The position numbers and the translations under genes were made by a program. Below, piece by piece: positions 51,951-63,134 of a DNA stretch of 64,000 bases (positions are counted from its first letter, which is position 1; each line of letters starts with the position of its first letter). The stretch is taken from assembly GCF_030028105.1 (NCBI RefSeq), contig NC_092373.1, forward strand, positions 95,992,062 through 96,056,061, read 5' to 3'. This DNA comes from Mobula birostris. Its lineage: Eukaryota. The notes below the pieces were generated by a model. The model was not told the origin of the DNA. It did not search any database and saw only the letters and a list, made by a program, of their open reading frames with translations.

Positions 51951-53949
51951 TCATCTACCAGCGCTATATCAGGCTTCATCTCAGCACTGAGGATGGCTCT
52001 GTGGTGATGTAGTATGTGTACCGCTTAGGGTTGCAGATCAGAGGTTTCTTCATCCTGCCCTCTACTCATTGCAATAATCTTAGGTCTTCAGGTTCTCGTG
52101 CTCATAGTACACATGTCTAGATGAAGCAAGTATTCAAGTTTAATTGTCGTTCAACCATACATGAATACAGCCAAATGAAACAGCATTACTTGGGGGTCAA
52201 GGTACAAAACACAGTAGCAACAGTCACACAAAGCGCAAGGCACATACAGTGTACATAAAGATAGCAAGCACTAAAAGGTATCAGTAAAGTACAGTCACAC
52301 ACAAAAAAATTGTCCAACACCCCAAGTCCATGAATGTTGTGGCAGGCTGCAGGTGAACACAATACAGTTAGTCTTCTACTGAGCGAACAGTGGGGCAGCA
52401 CTGACTCCAGCTTGTGCTCCGCACTACACCACCTCCGATGCCTCTCGCCTGGGTGGCTTTAAACAGGCGACACTGCGGCTCAAGGCCTAGTCGTTGCTTT
52501 GACTGAGGCATGTAGCCCAACCTCTGTCCACCAATAAATCAGTAAATCGGACTTGCTGCATCCACATTAACAATGTCCAACAGGGTCTTGCCATCACAAG
52601 AACAGCGACTAAGACGATTGCTCACTGTTACACTGAACACTGCCTTCTCACCAGCTCCTCTTCTGCCTCTCAGATGCAGGCAGTAACATAATCTGCACTA
52701 AGTCCAGCTCCTTCAGTTTCTCCACCAATGAGCAACTCGCTGATGGGGTAGATCTACAGTTCTTAATGTTTAGCAGGGTCTTGTGGTTATAAACAATTAT
52801 GTTTAAAAGGGACAATAACACTTTGGGGTTGACCCTGTAGAAGTGATTACGATCGAACTACAATCCATATTACTGGAGGAGATGTGATGAAGAGAAACTA
52901 CTGCTGCTGGATATTAGAGATAAATACAAAAATTGCTGAGTACACCAGGAGATCAGGCAGCATTTGAAATTCTCATGCTTGGTGTTTAGTGATTTAGTAG
53001 AATTTATCTCCAAATAAATTTCAGTCTCAGAACAGCATTTTTTTCCTTGACATAATTAAACCTATTTAATTCGGTAAAACCTGTTTGGGTGCCCTGTGCA
53101 GATACAGTGACTCATTAATTCTTTTCCTGAGAGCTGTTCTTTTGTGGTTGACCTTGATCATAGTTGTGTTACAATGATCTTTCCTCTGGGTGACCAAGCA
53201 ATTCTATTGTTAGTTCAGCAGATTAGCCACCAAATTACCAAAACCTGGGCGAGTGAATTTAAAAAATACTCCAAAAGCAGCTCAGAACTTGCTGCTGATA
53301 AGAGCTTGCTACTGAGTGTGTTTGTTTTAGAGTTAGCTGCAGCAACTTACAATCTTCTGTGGAAGGATTGGTATACAGTTGCTACTTGATTAAAATGTAA
53401 GCTGTTCCTAATTTTAAAACTGCTGACTCTAAACAAAGTTGGTGCATTGGAAGGGCAAGTTAGGTGAGGATTTTATATTGAGGTTTGACTGATCCAAGAA
53501 GGGCTAGACTGGTTGTCTCCTGCAGTTGCTTTGAAAAGGTATTTGAACTGGATTCCTTGTAAAATTACCAGTCAATTCACTGTAATAGTCCACTGATAAG
53601 ATAATGTTTAACAAGATGTATGCTTTGTGGGTGTGACTGTGTCCTCTTCAGAAATTTGAACAAAGCACTGAAGATTTTATACAAAGGAACAAAATTAACC
53701 TTGTGTTCTGTGATGCCTATTGTTGTGCAGGTTAAAAATATCATTATCTTGAACTGTGTACTAAAATGTTAGATGCCTGATAAATTAGTGTTTGTTCTTT
53801 TCAATCATGGTTCCTGAGCCTGGATCTCAGATGAGGACAAATACTGCTTTCTGCCCCCTGCCTTTTTTTTTCAGGTAGTCCCTCATCCATGTTTGCTAAC
53901 TGGAAAGCCTCAATGATCTTTCTTAGTCATTTACTTTACTGGAGAGTGA

Positions 53950-54300
53950 ACATAGTCATACAGCATAGAAACAGGCCCTTTGGCCCAACTGATCTGTACT
54001 GACCAAGATTCCCATCTAAGCTAGTCCCATTTGGCCTATATCCCTACAAACACTTCCTGTTCATGTACCTGCTCAAGTACCTTTTTAATGTTAACATACC
54101 TGCCTCAACAACTTCCTCTGGCACCTCATTCCTTATACGGAGCATCCCCTGGGTGAAGAAAATTATCCCTCTCATCTTAAACACAAATCCTCTTTCTTGA
54201 TTCCTTAACCCTGGCAAAAGGACTGTGCATGTTCACCCTATCTATGCTCCTTGTGATTTTATACATGGCTAGAAGGTCAACTTTCATTCTACCATTCTCT
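53950..54300 (-). mobile_element. CR1 3' fragment
   Basis: Tail acagcatagaaacaggcccttt; homologous to 46400-46780. Confidence 0.75.
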
Positions 54301-54347
54301 ATCCTTGGAGGCTAGCACTACCCTAGGTAAGTGCCCGTTGTAGGTAA

Positions 54348-54445
54348 TACACACACAATACTGGAGGAACTCAAATCAGGCAGCAGCTATGGAGGGAAAT
54401 GAACAGTTGAAGCTTTGGGCTGAGGCCCTTTATCATTCCTGGAAT
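54348..54445 (-). repeat. Highly degenerate copy of the Penelope/hammerhead repeat
   Basis: acacacaatactggaggaactca...ggcagca arm; eroded core gataaagggcctcagcccaaagc on - strand. Confidence 0.55.
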
Positions 54446-55201
54446 GCCCTGGTAATCTTAGATACCTTGCAAAGTATAACAATATTTTTAGTGGAAATAA
54501 GTGATGTAGGGCAAAGTGATTTGAGCATGTTGTGCGTACATGGGATATAGTAGCTTTGTGATTGGTGGACTAGCAGCCAGAATTTTGTGCTGTAATGAGT
54601 TCAAATCTCCTTGAGACATTAAGTAAAAAAAATAAATATTTTGAAAATCAGTCTCAGTAATAGTAATTGTAAAAGCTTATCTGGTTCACTGATGTCTTTC
54701 CGTCTGCTCGGCATCTGACTGGTTTCAGACCTACTAATGTAATAGACTTTTTAGCCACCTTATTTTGGGGGTAATTAAGGATAGGCATTGTCAGCAGCAT
54801 TGATGTAACAATAAAAGTATAGTGTAATGTCAAATCCACTTAAAGGTAAACAAGTTAATATGTACATAGAAGTAATCTACTGCAGGAAGCAGATTATAAT
54901 AAGACTTGAAAAATGAGTTAAAAGATTAGATGGGCTTTGGTATTTATAAAAATGTAGCTGAAATCCATGTCTCATGCATTAGGTACCCGAACTTGTGTCA
55001 GCAGTGGAGCACACTGGCTGAGAGTGCATCGTACAATGTAGTTTGTGAGGAGATGAACATGGTATTGTTACTTCAGCATGTCTGCTTCACTACCTTGACT
55101 TTTACTTTCTCCTTGTACGTTACACAATTGTTTTTAAAAAAAAGCTTTTTGGTGTAGTTTTCTTCTCTTCGGGTCCTTACTGAATACTCTCTACTTCTCA
55201 G

Positions 55202-55259
55202 GCGGCACAGCAGAGCACGAGGCCCAGCGCAGATTTTGACCAAAGATGTGCCAAGACAG
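55202..55259 (+). CDS. FARP2: FARP2 coding exon (RRHSRARGPAQILTKDVPRQ)
   Basis: ctacttctcag acceptor, CAG|gtcagt donor, 58 nt phase 2-0; resembles FARP2 RRHSK...DLPKQ. Confidence 0.88.
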
Positions 55260-55345
55260 GTCAGTCCTATGATGCTCTAACATTGGTGGGGTGTTGGTGG
55301 CTGGGAGTGGGGGTAGTGTCTGCTGGGTGTTTACATGTTTACTAA

Positions 55346-55572
55346 AGACCAGCTGGTGGCGCAGTGACATCAGCGCCGGACTCCGGAGCGAAGGTTCCCG
55401 AGTTCGAATCCAGTCGGGCTGCTCCCAAGCATGCAACTTGGCCTCATTTTAAAAAAAACTGCACTGTGAGAAGGACGTGGGGGACCACTCACAGAATCTT
55501 TCCTCCAAGACAACCACTTGAAAAAGTGGTCGCCGAGACTTTGGCAGAGTATGGCACGCGCAAAAAAAAAGC
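55346..55572 (+). mobile_element. Young tRNA-derived SINE with poly(A) tail and 7-bp TSD
   Basis: A box TGGCGCAGTGAC, B box GTTCGAATCC, CpG-rich, oligo(A) tail, TSD ttactaa (55339-55345 / 55573-55579). Confidence 0.85.
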
Positions 55573-56779
55573 TTACTAACTGATTTCTCACAGAGTGTTG
55601 AACAATCGTTATGAGTCATACTGCTCAGAAAATGGCTTTTCAGCCCACCGTGTTACATTGACTATTGGTACTTGCTATGTAACTGTTCCTTCCACCTGTT
55701 GAGTTTGCCACTCAGATAGTAAGCAGTATTGACAATGACCTAAGTAGTGCTATAACATAAGAACAAAGCAAATGGAAGCAGGAGTTGACTTCCATTGTTC
55801 TTCTGTCATTCAGTAAGATAGTTTTACTACTCCCAACCCTATATCCCTTGATTCCAGTTGTATCCTAAAAATCTATCATTATCTGCTTTGAATATATTTG
55901 ACAACTAAACTTCTACAGTTGAGATCATTCCAAAGGTTCCAGTCTGATCTTTCTTCATCCTGAACAATTGACCACTAGTTTTGAGTCAACTTGTCCCAGC
56001 CAGTGAAATGTATCAATTCTGCATCTAATCTATTGAACCCGTTTTAACATTTCAATGAGATTATTTCTATATTGTTTTTTAATCTTAAACCTAGTCCTTG
56101 TATGCTTAATCTCACCTTTAGACAACTAGTGAAGTGGAAAACTTTGGCTGTATTCCCCTCTGATGCAAATTATCATTCCTTGGAGAGGACTGACTTGTAA
56201 ACCATAATCCAGGTGCAGTTTAGTGGGGCCCAGTGTAATTATCTATTTTTGAACTCAAGCCTTCTTGCATTAAAGACTAACATAGCACTTGCCTTCCTGA
56301 ATGGATATTGCAGCACCATAGAAGCCCCTGAGCACCGATCTTTTGTCTTTCTACTTTTCCTACCAAATGGATGAATCAGAATCAAAATCACCAGGTTTCG
56401 TATCACTGGCATCTGTCGTGAAGTTCGTTGTTTTGCAGCAGCAGTACAGTGCTACCCTTTTCTTGCCCATTCACTTAACCTTAATCTTTGAGTCTTGTGG
56501 CAGTCTTACACCTTTTGTATCGTCAGCAAATCTGATGTTGCTAAGTTTGATTCATTTCATTCAAATCATTGCTACAGATGATGAACAGCTGGGGCCCTAA
56601 CATAGAACTCTGAAGAATAACCTCCAGATACAGTAGTTGACTCACTTTATTCCTATTTTCAGTTTTCTATCCATTAACCAATTATCAGTTCATTCCTGTA
56701 CAGTACTCCAAATCTCGTGCTCCAATTTTAATGATCTTGTGTGCATCCTTATGGAAGACCTGAAATACCAGGTATACAA

Positions 56780-57616
56780 TGTGACAAAAGACCAAGTTAT
56801 CAGAAGATTGATGCCGATAAGGGAGACAATGGGGAAACATTCAAAATGCTAATATGAGAGACGAGAGAGAGATTAACAACGAAAAGAGACACAGTTCCGA
56901 GTATTGTCAGACCGGTTCCTTTGAACCTGAACTGTTTGACGTTTGATGGACAGGCGATACCCCAGCAGGGGGATAAAAGGAACAGGTTTGCTAAGGCAAG
57001 TGACACACCACGACACCACGAGATAACGAGACCCTGGAAGTGCGGTGTGCCCCCCCCCCCCCCCCAACAAGTTGGTGGAAGTTTTGGAGGTCTGGTCACA
57101 GGACCGACCATAGACGCACAGGGTGAGAAGGTACGATCGGCGGAAACCTGGTGTGTGTGTCGGCCCTTGCCTGGGTGCCAGGTTCACCCCGGAAGAACGA
57201 TCGTATCCGGAACAGAGGGGTCACAGTCGGTGATCTCAGAAGACATTATAAAGGGCTCGCCCGAAAGCTAACTGCGAGGAATATCAAAGGTCTGTTTGAA
57301 TCCGATTTGAATATCACCATTCGCTCTCTCTCTCCCCCCAACGGCACAACAGCGATTACTGTGAACTGAACTGAACTCTGCGTCACTTGAGACTGATCAT
57401 TTTACCCCGAAACTGCAATAGAGCTTGATTGATCCTATTATCCTAGTTCTGTGTACATGTGTGTTTTATCATTGCTAAACTGTTGCATTTATATCCTTAC
57501 TATTAGAGTACTGTTACTTATTTCTTTAATAAAACTTTCTTAGTTCCAGTAATCCAGGCTCCAACTAAGTGGTCCATTTCTGCTGGTTTGACAACCCAGT
57601 TACGGGGTACGTAACA
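56780..57616 (+). mobile_element. Solo LTR (837 bp, Gypsy-like) inserted in old CR1 debris
   Basis: TGTGAC...GTAACA termini, 4-bp TSD acaa (56776-56779 / 57617-57620), AATAAA at 57528, CpG retained. Confidence 0.85.
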
Positions 57617-58960
57617 ACAACATCAGCTAGTTGACCTTCATCTGTTCCACTAGTTATATCATTAAGAAACTTTATATTATTTGTAGAACTTGGTTTCCCT
57701 CTCAAGTCCGTGTAGGACCCATTTCTCCAATACAGATTGTTTTTTGTTGCTAATTTCTTTCAGCCCATTCATTGTGCATTTGAGCTTTGAAAGCTTTTTT
57801 CCCCTTAAGACAGATACAAAATGTTCATGTAGTTTCTCAGTCTGTAAGAGACCCAGATTTTGAAATTCTCCTGATCTTTGGGCTTGGTGCTTTAATAGCG
57901 ACAACACCTTTTAGGTTAGCTTGATAGCCATGACTAAACCACTTATTTTTTGTGACATTTGATTATATTTTTACTACCCTTCCATAAAGATACTTTCAGT
58001 TCCATAATCATCAAATAACTTTTTTAGTGCAATGTAGACTGATCTATTGTTCCAGAAAACTCTATTAATGCTGCATAAATTTTCATCAGTGGGTTCATCC
58101 TCCACATTATTGTCGTTCATTTGGGTTTCCCAGTCTTCATGTAGATTGAAATTCTCATAATTATTGATTTACCCTCATTACACTCTTATTCTCTTTGTAT
58201 CAGTAAGCCGATAATGGGACCAATTGATATTTCATCCAAAAACATCTCTCTTTTCCCAATAACATCATCTCTTTCCATGAACATGCGACTTGTATTCATG
58301 ACTTGAAAGTGCACGGGTCTTGTAAAGTTGAGGCAGTGGAAGATAATTGAACCCTTTGACCTTTTGTTTCAGTACTTTAGGGACATTATGGAGTCCAGTA
58401 CCTTGCTTGAGTGGCCCACTATCCATCACTTTAAGCATTCTGCCTTTACCAGCAGCCTTTTACCATTTCCGTGTATGCTGCAGCAGCATGTTAAGAATTT
58501 TTAGAAAGTGCCTTTAAAGCTTCCATTCTGTACAACCTAGAAGGACAAGGAGAGTAGTGGTGCATGGGAACGCCACTACTTTCCATATAGCACACTACCC
58601 AAGCTTGGGAATGGATCCCTGTTCTTTCACTACTGTCTGGATAATAATCTAGTAAACCTCCATCTAATATTAATTTGAGAGCACCAACTGTCTACTATTT
58701 TCCATAGATGATGCCTGACCTGCTTCATTCCTCCAGCATTTTGTGTATGTTGCTTTTACCGTTGGTACTGCAATGCTTGAAGACAACGACACTCTGCCAC
58801 CTTAGTACAAGCACTAAATACTGTTGTTTTTACCCATTAACAGCCGGTGTCATTTGGTTGGTTTCCCTTGTAATTATCTCGCAAAGATAATATATTGAAA
58901 CACACACAAAATGCTGCAGGAACCCAGCAGGTCAGGCAGCATCTATGGAGTGGAATAAAC

Positions 58961-58996
58961 AGTCGACGTTTCAGGCTGAAACCCTTCATCAGGACT
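58961..58996 (-). ncRNA. Minimal type I hammerhead ribozyme, intact core; predicted cleavage between 58965 and 58964
   Basis: Reverse strand AGTC CTGATGA A GGGT-TTCA-GCCT GAAAC GTC GACT. Confidence 0.78.
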
Positions 58997-59837
58997 GGAA
59001 AGGAAGGAGAAAGAAGCCAGAATAAGGTGGGGTGGGGAGGGGAAGGAGTACATTCTGGCAGCTGATAGATGTGGAGGTGAGGTGGGGGGGTTGTTGAAGT
59101 GAGAAGCTTGGAGAAGATGATGGATGGAAAAGGTAAAGGGATCTGATAGGAGAGGAGAAAGGGAAGGAGGAGGGGTATCAGAAGATGAGGAGAAGGGGAG
59201 GGTTAAGAGTGGAGGCCAGAGTAGGGAATTGAAAAAGAGAGAAGGGGCAGGGGAGAGAATTGGAGAAATCAGTGGTCAGGTTGGAGGCTACCCAGATGGA
59301 ATATGAGGTGTTGCTCCTCCAACCTGAGAATGGTCTCATTATGGCCATATGCAGCATATGGCCACACATTTCAATTCTGCTTCCCATTCCAATTCCATCA
59401 CTCTGGTCCCTGGCCTCCTCCTCTACTCTTTTGACATGATGAGGTCACTCTCAGGTTGGAAGGGCAACACATAATATTCCATCTTGGTAGTTTCCAACCT
59501 GATGACATGAACGTTAATTTCTTTAATTTCTGGTAATTTATCTCCCCCCCCCCCCACCGCCCCCATCCCTTCTCTCTTTTTCCATTTCTCATTCTGGTTT
59601 CCCTCTTACTGGTTTTCTTCTCTGGCTTATCTCTTTCCCTTTTTCCTGTGGTTCACTCTCCTCTCTCCTCTCTTATCAGATTCCTTCTTCAGGTCTTTAG
59701 CATTTCACTTCATTCTCCCCACCCACCTTCCCCCTCACCTGGCTTCACTGATCACCTGTCAGCTTGTACTGCTTCCCCACCCCTCCCCCTTCCCCTCCCC
59801 TCACCTCCTTAATCTGGCTTCTTCCCCCTTCCTTTCC

Positions 59838-59873
59838 AGTCCTGATGCAGAGTCTTGGCCTGAAACATTGGGA
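59838..59873 (+). ncRNA. Degenerate hammerhead in the right arm of the Penelope palindrome
   Basis: AGTC CTGATGC AGAGTCTTGGCCT GAAAC ATT GGGA; A9 and helix I/III mutated. Confidence 0.5.
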
Positions 59874-60086
59874 GTTTATTCATTTTCATAGGCACTACCT
59901 GACCTGCTGAGTTCCTTTTCTGTTTGTTATCTGTATGGTCTGTTTTACATGACAGCACACTGAAGTGAGAAGCAGGAAGTGTTTTCTTTTGTAAATAATT
60001 TTGATTGGTTTGAAAGTGGGGAAATGCTGATTGCCACGCATTCCAGTATAGTTGTTAGTTCTATTTTGTTTTCTTCACCCCACCAG

Positions 60087-61343
60087 AATTTATCGTTCAC
60101 TGGAGATGCAGAGGTTCCAGGCTCTCCCTTCTCGACTACTGCTGCTTCCTGTCAGTCCGTCCAGTCTGCATGCAAGGCCGCTACAGACAGCCAGTCCATC
60201 CACTGGGATGATGGCAACGTGTTCCTGATCAATAAGAATATTCCTCAGAAACCTCCAGTGGACATGAAGATGAGTCCAACGATGGAAGAAACATGGAAGA
60301 CTTCCAGTCAGCCTTCACCAATCTCCTTGCAAGGTTCTGTTGCTGAAGCTGCAGGCAGCTGCGGTCGCTCCTCGTCGGGTTATGATGAGGGTAGTGGTTT
60401 AACTAAAGAGAATGCTAGTAATTGGAAGCTCACTCAGAGAAATGACAATGATGAGGATGACTGTGCCAGAGCTGTATTTATTACTGAGAACAATATTAAC
60501 CAGCTTCAGGGAAGGGCAATGCCAGTTTTCACATTGACAAACACTCAGTTGCAGCTTACTGAAGAGTTCATTGATGATGACCCAGCTGAGATTTCTTTTT
60601 TTGCTGGTGGCTCAGAGGCATTTTCACCATGTTACCATGGGCTGGGGAATGGTGCAAAGGGATCCATTAGTTACAATCCGTTAGCAGCTTCACCTGTGGT
60701 AAACACTAGGTTGGGAAATCTAAGCTGTGAACACAAATCAAGTAACTATGTCAATGATAATATGTATCGGGGTTCAGAGGGTGACCTTGAATTTGAAGGT
60801 GAGAGTGATCTCAATGGCAATGGTCGACTGATTGACACAGTGGACTTCTTTGAGGTAAAGGCACAAGCCAATCGGCTGCATAGGTGCTACAGCAAATCTG
60901 AGACAAGCTCTCTACTGAACAATCAGTCGCAGAGTAGCTCACTGACCAACCTTGGGCTAAATGGCTTACCTGACTCAACATCGTTTAGGATGGCCAATTC
61001 AGGTAATCAGTCCGAAGCCAGTTCAATGGTGAATTTTCCCACGTACTCTGTACGCTCCGAGTCCAGTTCTGCTTTGCAGTTTGGTGATGTGATTGAGCAG
61101 CTTGAACAACTCAGTTACCCTCCCACCACAACAGAAGACTCAAGTAGTGAGTTTGGATCATGGGATTCAGATAGCGGAGCCCCTCTTGATGGCAATTTAT
61201 TTTACAGTAACCCCTTTGCACAGGTTGCCACAAGTAACTTCACATTCAATTTCAAGGATGAGGTTAATGGATGTACAGTAGGAGAGCAGGAGAAAAAAGG
61301 GCAGTCTGAATTAAATTGTTCCTCTACAATGATGCACATCTAG
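60087..61343 (+). CDS. FARP2: FARP2 next exon, read as an extended (alternative terminal) exon encoding a 418-aa Ser/acidic tail; possible internal phase-1 donor after 60333 for the canonical long isoform
   Basis: ttttcttcaccccaccag acceptor in phase 0 continues the frame (NLSFTGDAEVPGSP...); ORF track 59979..61343 open to TAG; no TE signature; AT-rich unique UTR-like sequence follows. Confidence 0.78.
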   Translation, partial: NLSFTGDAEVPGSPFSTTAASCQSVQSACKAATDSQSIHWDDGNVFLINKNIPQKPPVDMKMSPTMEETWKTSSQPSPISLQGSVAEAAGSCGRSSSGYDEGSGLTKENASNWKLTQRNDNDEDDCARAVFITENNINQLQGRAMPVFTLTNTQLQLTEEFIDDDPAEISFFAGGSEAFSPCYHGLGNGAKGSISYNPLAASPVVNTRLGNLSCEHKSSNYVNDNMYRGSEGDLEFEGESDLNGNGRLIDTVDFFEVKAQANRLHRCYSKSETSSLLNNQSQSSSLTNLGLNGLPDSTSFRMANSGNQSEASSMVNFPTYSVRSESSSALQFGDVIEQLEQLSYPPTTTEDSSSEFGSWDSDSGAPLDGNLFYSNPFAQVATSNFTFNFKDEVNGCTVGEQEKKGQSELNCSSTMMHI

Positions 61344-62000
61344 TGCATTACAGTGTAGGACATTACTGATTTGGTACTAGACACTAATTTCACTTTAATG
61401 GTTTGGATGACAACAACATTTAAAAAAATCATTATGAAAATCAAAAGAATGGTATTAAAATATAAACATTCCCATGCTAGTTTACTCTGCTAACTTTATG
61501 TTTGAAAGTTTTGAACACTTGGGCCAGCCTTTTGCACAAAATTTATAGAAGTATTCTGTTTATGTAAGGTTTTGGCAACAGGTCCAGCGGATTTTCCAGT
61601 GCTTTAGTAACTGGAACATTGACACTATGTAGATGCATTTATACTCTGAACCAAATGAGTTCTTTATATAATTATATATATATATATTTTATTTCTTTAA
61701 AGATGCCAACCAACACTGTTGCGTAGCTTTCTGTTAAAGTGCAGAATACATCCACAGTGCTGTGAAGTTGTCTGTGGGAAGTGCTGTATTGGTGGAGCTC
61801 AGGGGGCATACGGAACCTAATAGATGGTAGAAATAGGCTGTTGGATAGACTTCTGTAGAGCTGATGTACCTAAGCTAAACTATCTAAAAACAAAGTATTT
61901 TCCTGTTTATGTAATGATGCAACTGATGGGGAAACATTGGTAAAATCTGTGGAGTACTCTTACAAATCAAATGGGAAAATTAATATGTGATACAAGTAGA
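61344..62000 (+). other. FARP2: Putative 3' UTR of the short FARP2 isoform (end uncertain)
   Basis: Unique AT-rich sequence after the stop; ATTAAA at 61454-61459; (TA)n at about 61665-61687. Confidence 0.35.
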
Positions 62001-63134
62001 TGGGAATTCTAATGTGTAGAAAGCTTGATGGAAATATGAGTATCCCAAGGAAGTTAAATATTTTGTATGAGATGGAAGCTCGCTGTGTGATGGTGGCTTT
62101 TTTCCATGACTTCAGTCTAATGTCAGGTCATAGATACAAGGCAAAATGGTCCCCCTCTGGTTATCTATGGCAGTGAAGCAGTTGGTACCTCTAAACAAAT
62201 TCTGCACTTTTGCTACTTGTCTGGTTTATTCTTCCTGGCCTCTAACTTGGGTGTTTGAAATTCTCTGTAATTCACATTCTGTAGTGCTGATCCTTTTGCC
62301 ATTCATTCCTGATCACTAGTAAGCTTGGCATAGGAACCTTAGTATTTTATGCTACTGTCCCTTCTTGTATCCTTGCTGTTTGGACTCTATTTGTGCATTT
62401 ATGCTCTCTCCATTCCAGTATTGATGGCACTTATATAGCCATCTCTGCCCCATTCTGTCCATTGCTCTGGATTGATTTCTCTGTACATTTTAAAATCATT
62501 CGTGTTTCGGATTTTAGTTATCTTCTCTTCGGTACAGCTTCTGCTTTTTTCCCTTCATTATTTATCTTTAATATGGACCACTTTGATGTTTATTACATTA
62601 AAGGGACTTGCAAGTTCTTAGTTCTGCTGTTGTCATAAGGTACACTTGTTGGGTGATGCAATCCTCTAAGCACTAGTTAATTTTGGTTGTTAACTGGTTG
62701 AATGAAAATGCAGTTTTAGAAGGAGTCAGTGACTGCAAAAGATCATTTACCAGTCTTGTCAACTATGATTTTTGCATCACCTGTTCCTTAAGTGTCAGAA
62801 GTAAAAGATGTCCTTATTGACACCAACGTTTGAACCTATTTCCAAGGTATTGACAAGGATTGCAATCCCTACTGAAGTTTGTTCAGAGTTAATTGGAAAT
62901 GTAATGATGATAGAATGGTAACAATCCATTTGGGCTGTGTTCTTCTGAAAGGTTAACATAAAACCCTATCTGGTTCATTAACGATCTTCAGAGAAGGAAA
63001 CTTGTTGCCCTTCCCCAGTCTGCCCTTGACTTGGAGCCAACAATATGTTTCACCCAGGTTTTAGGTGCAATTGGAGGTGGATAAAAAATGCTGATATTAC
63101 CAACGATGGCCACATTCCAAAATAATGTGAAAAT

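Larger units (their letters stand above)
58898..59915. mobile_element. Palindromic (inverted) Penelope-like element: two 3' ends pointing outward from a central hairpin, each with a pseudo-LTR hammerhead
   Basis: Right arm encodes GIY-YIG end (ATHFNSASHS...TLRLEGQHIIFHLGSFQPDDMN); left arm is its diverged reverse complement; central hairpin at 59342-59364. Confidence 0.85.

Noticed and set aside
55346-55420. Functional tRNA gene
   Set aside because: A and B boxes are present but no proper acceptor stem or cloverleaf; it continues into a SINE body with poly(A) and TSD
59979-60086. N-terminal 36 aa of the 454-aa ORF as a stand-alone gene start
   Set aside because: It starts at GTG and runs through a polypyrimidine tract and AG acceptor; it is intronic sequence in frame with the exon
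1346-61343. Calling the gene FRMD7 or FARP1 because of the long terminal exon
   Set aside because: Residues such as DPGQLxEEYTR, [36 protein letters not shown] and [16 protein letters not shown] match FARP2 better than FRMD7 or FARP1
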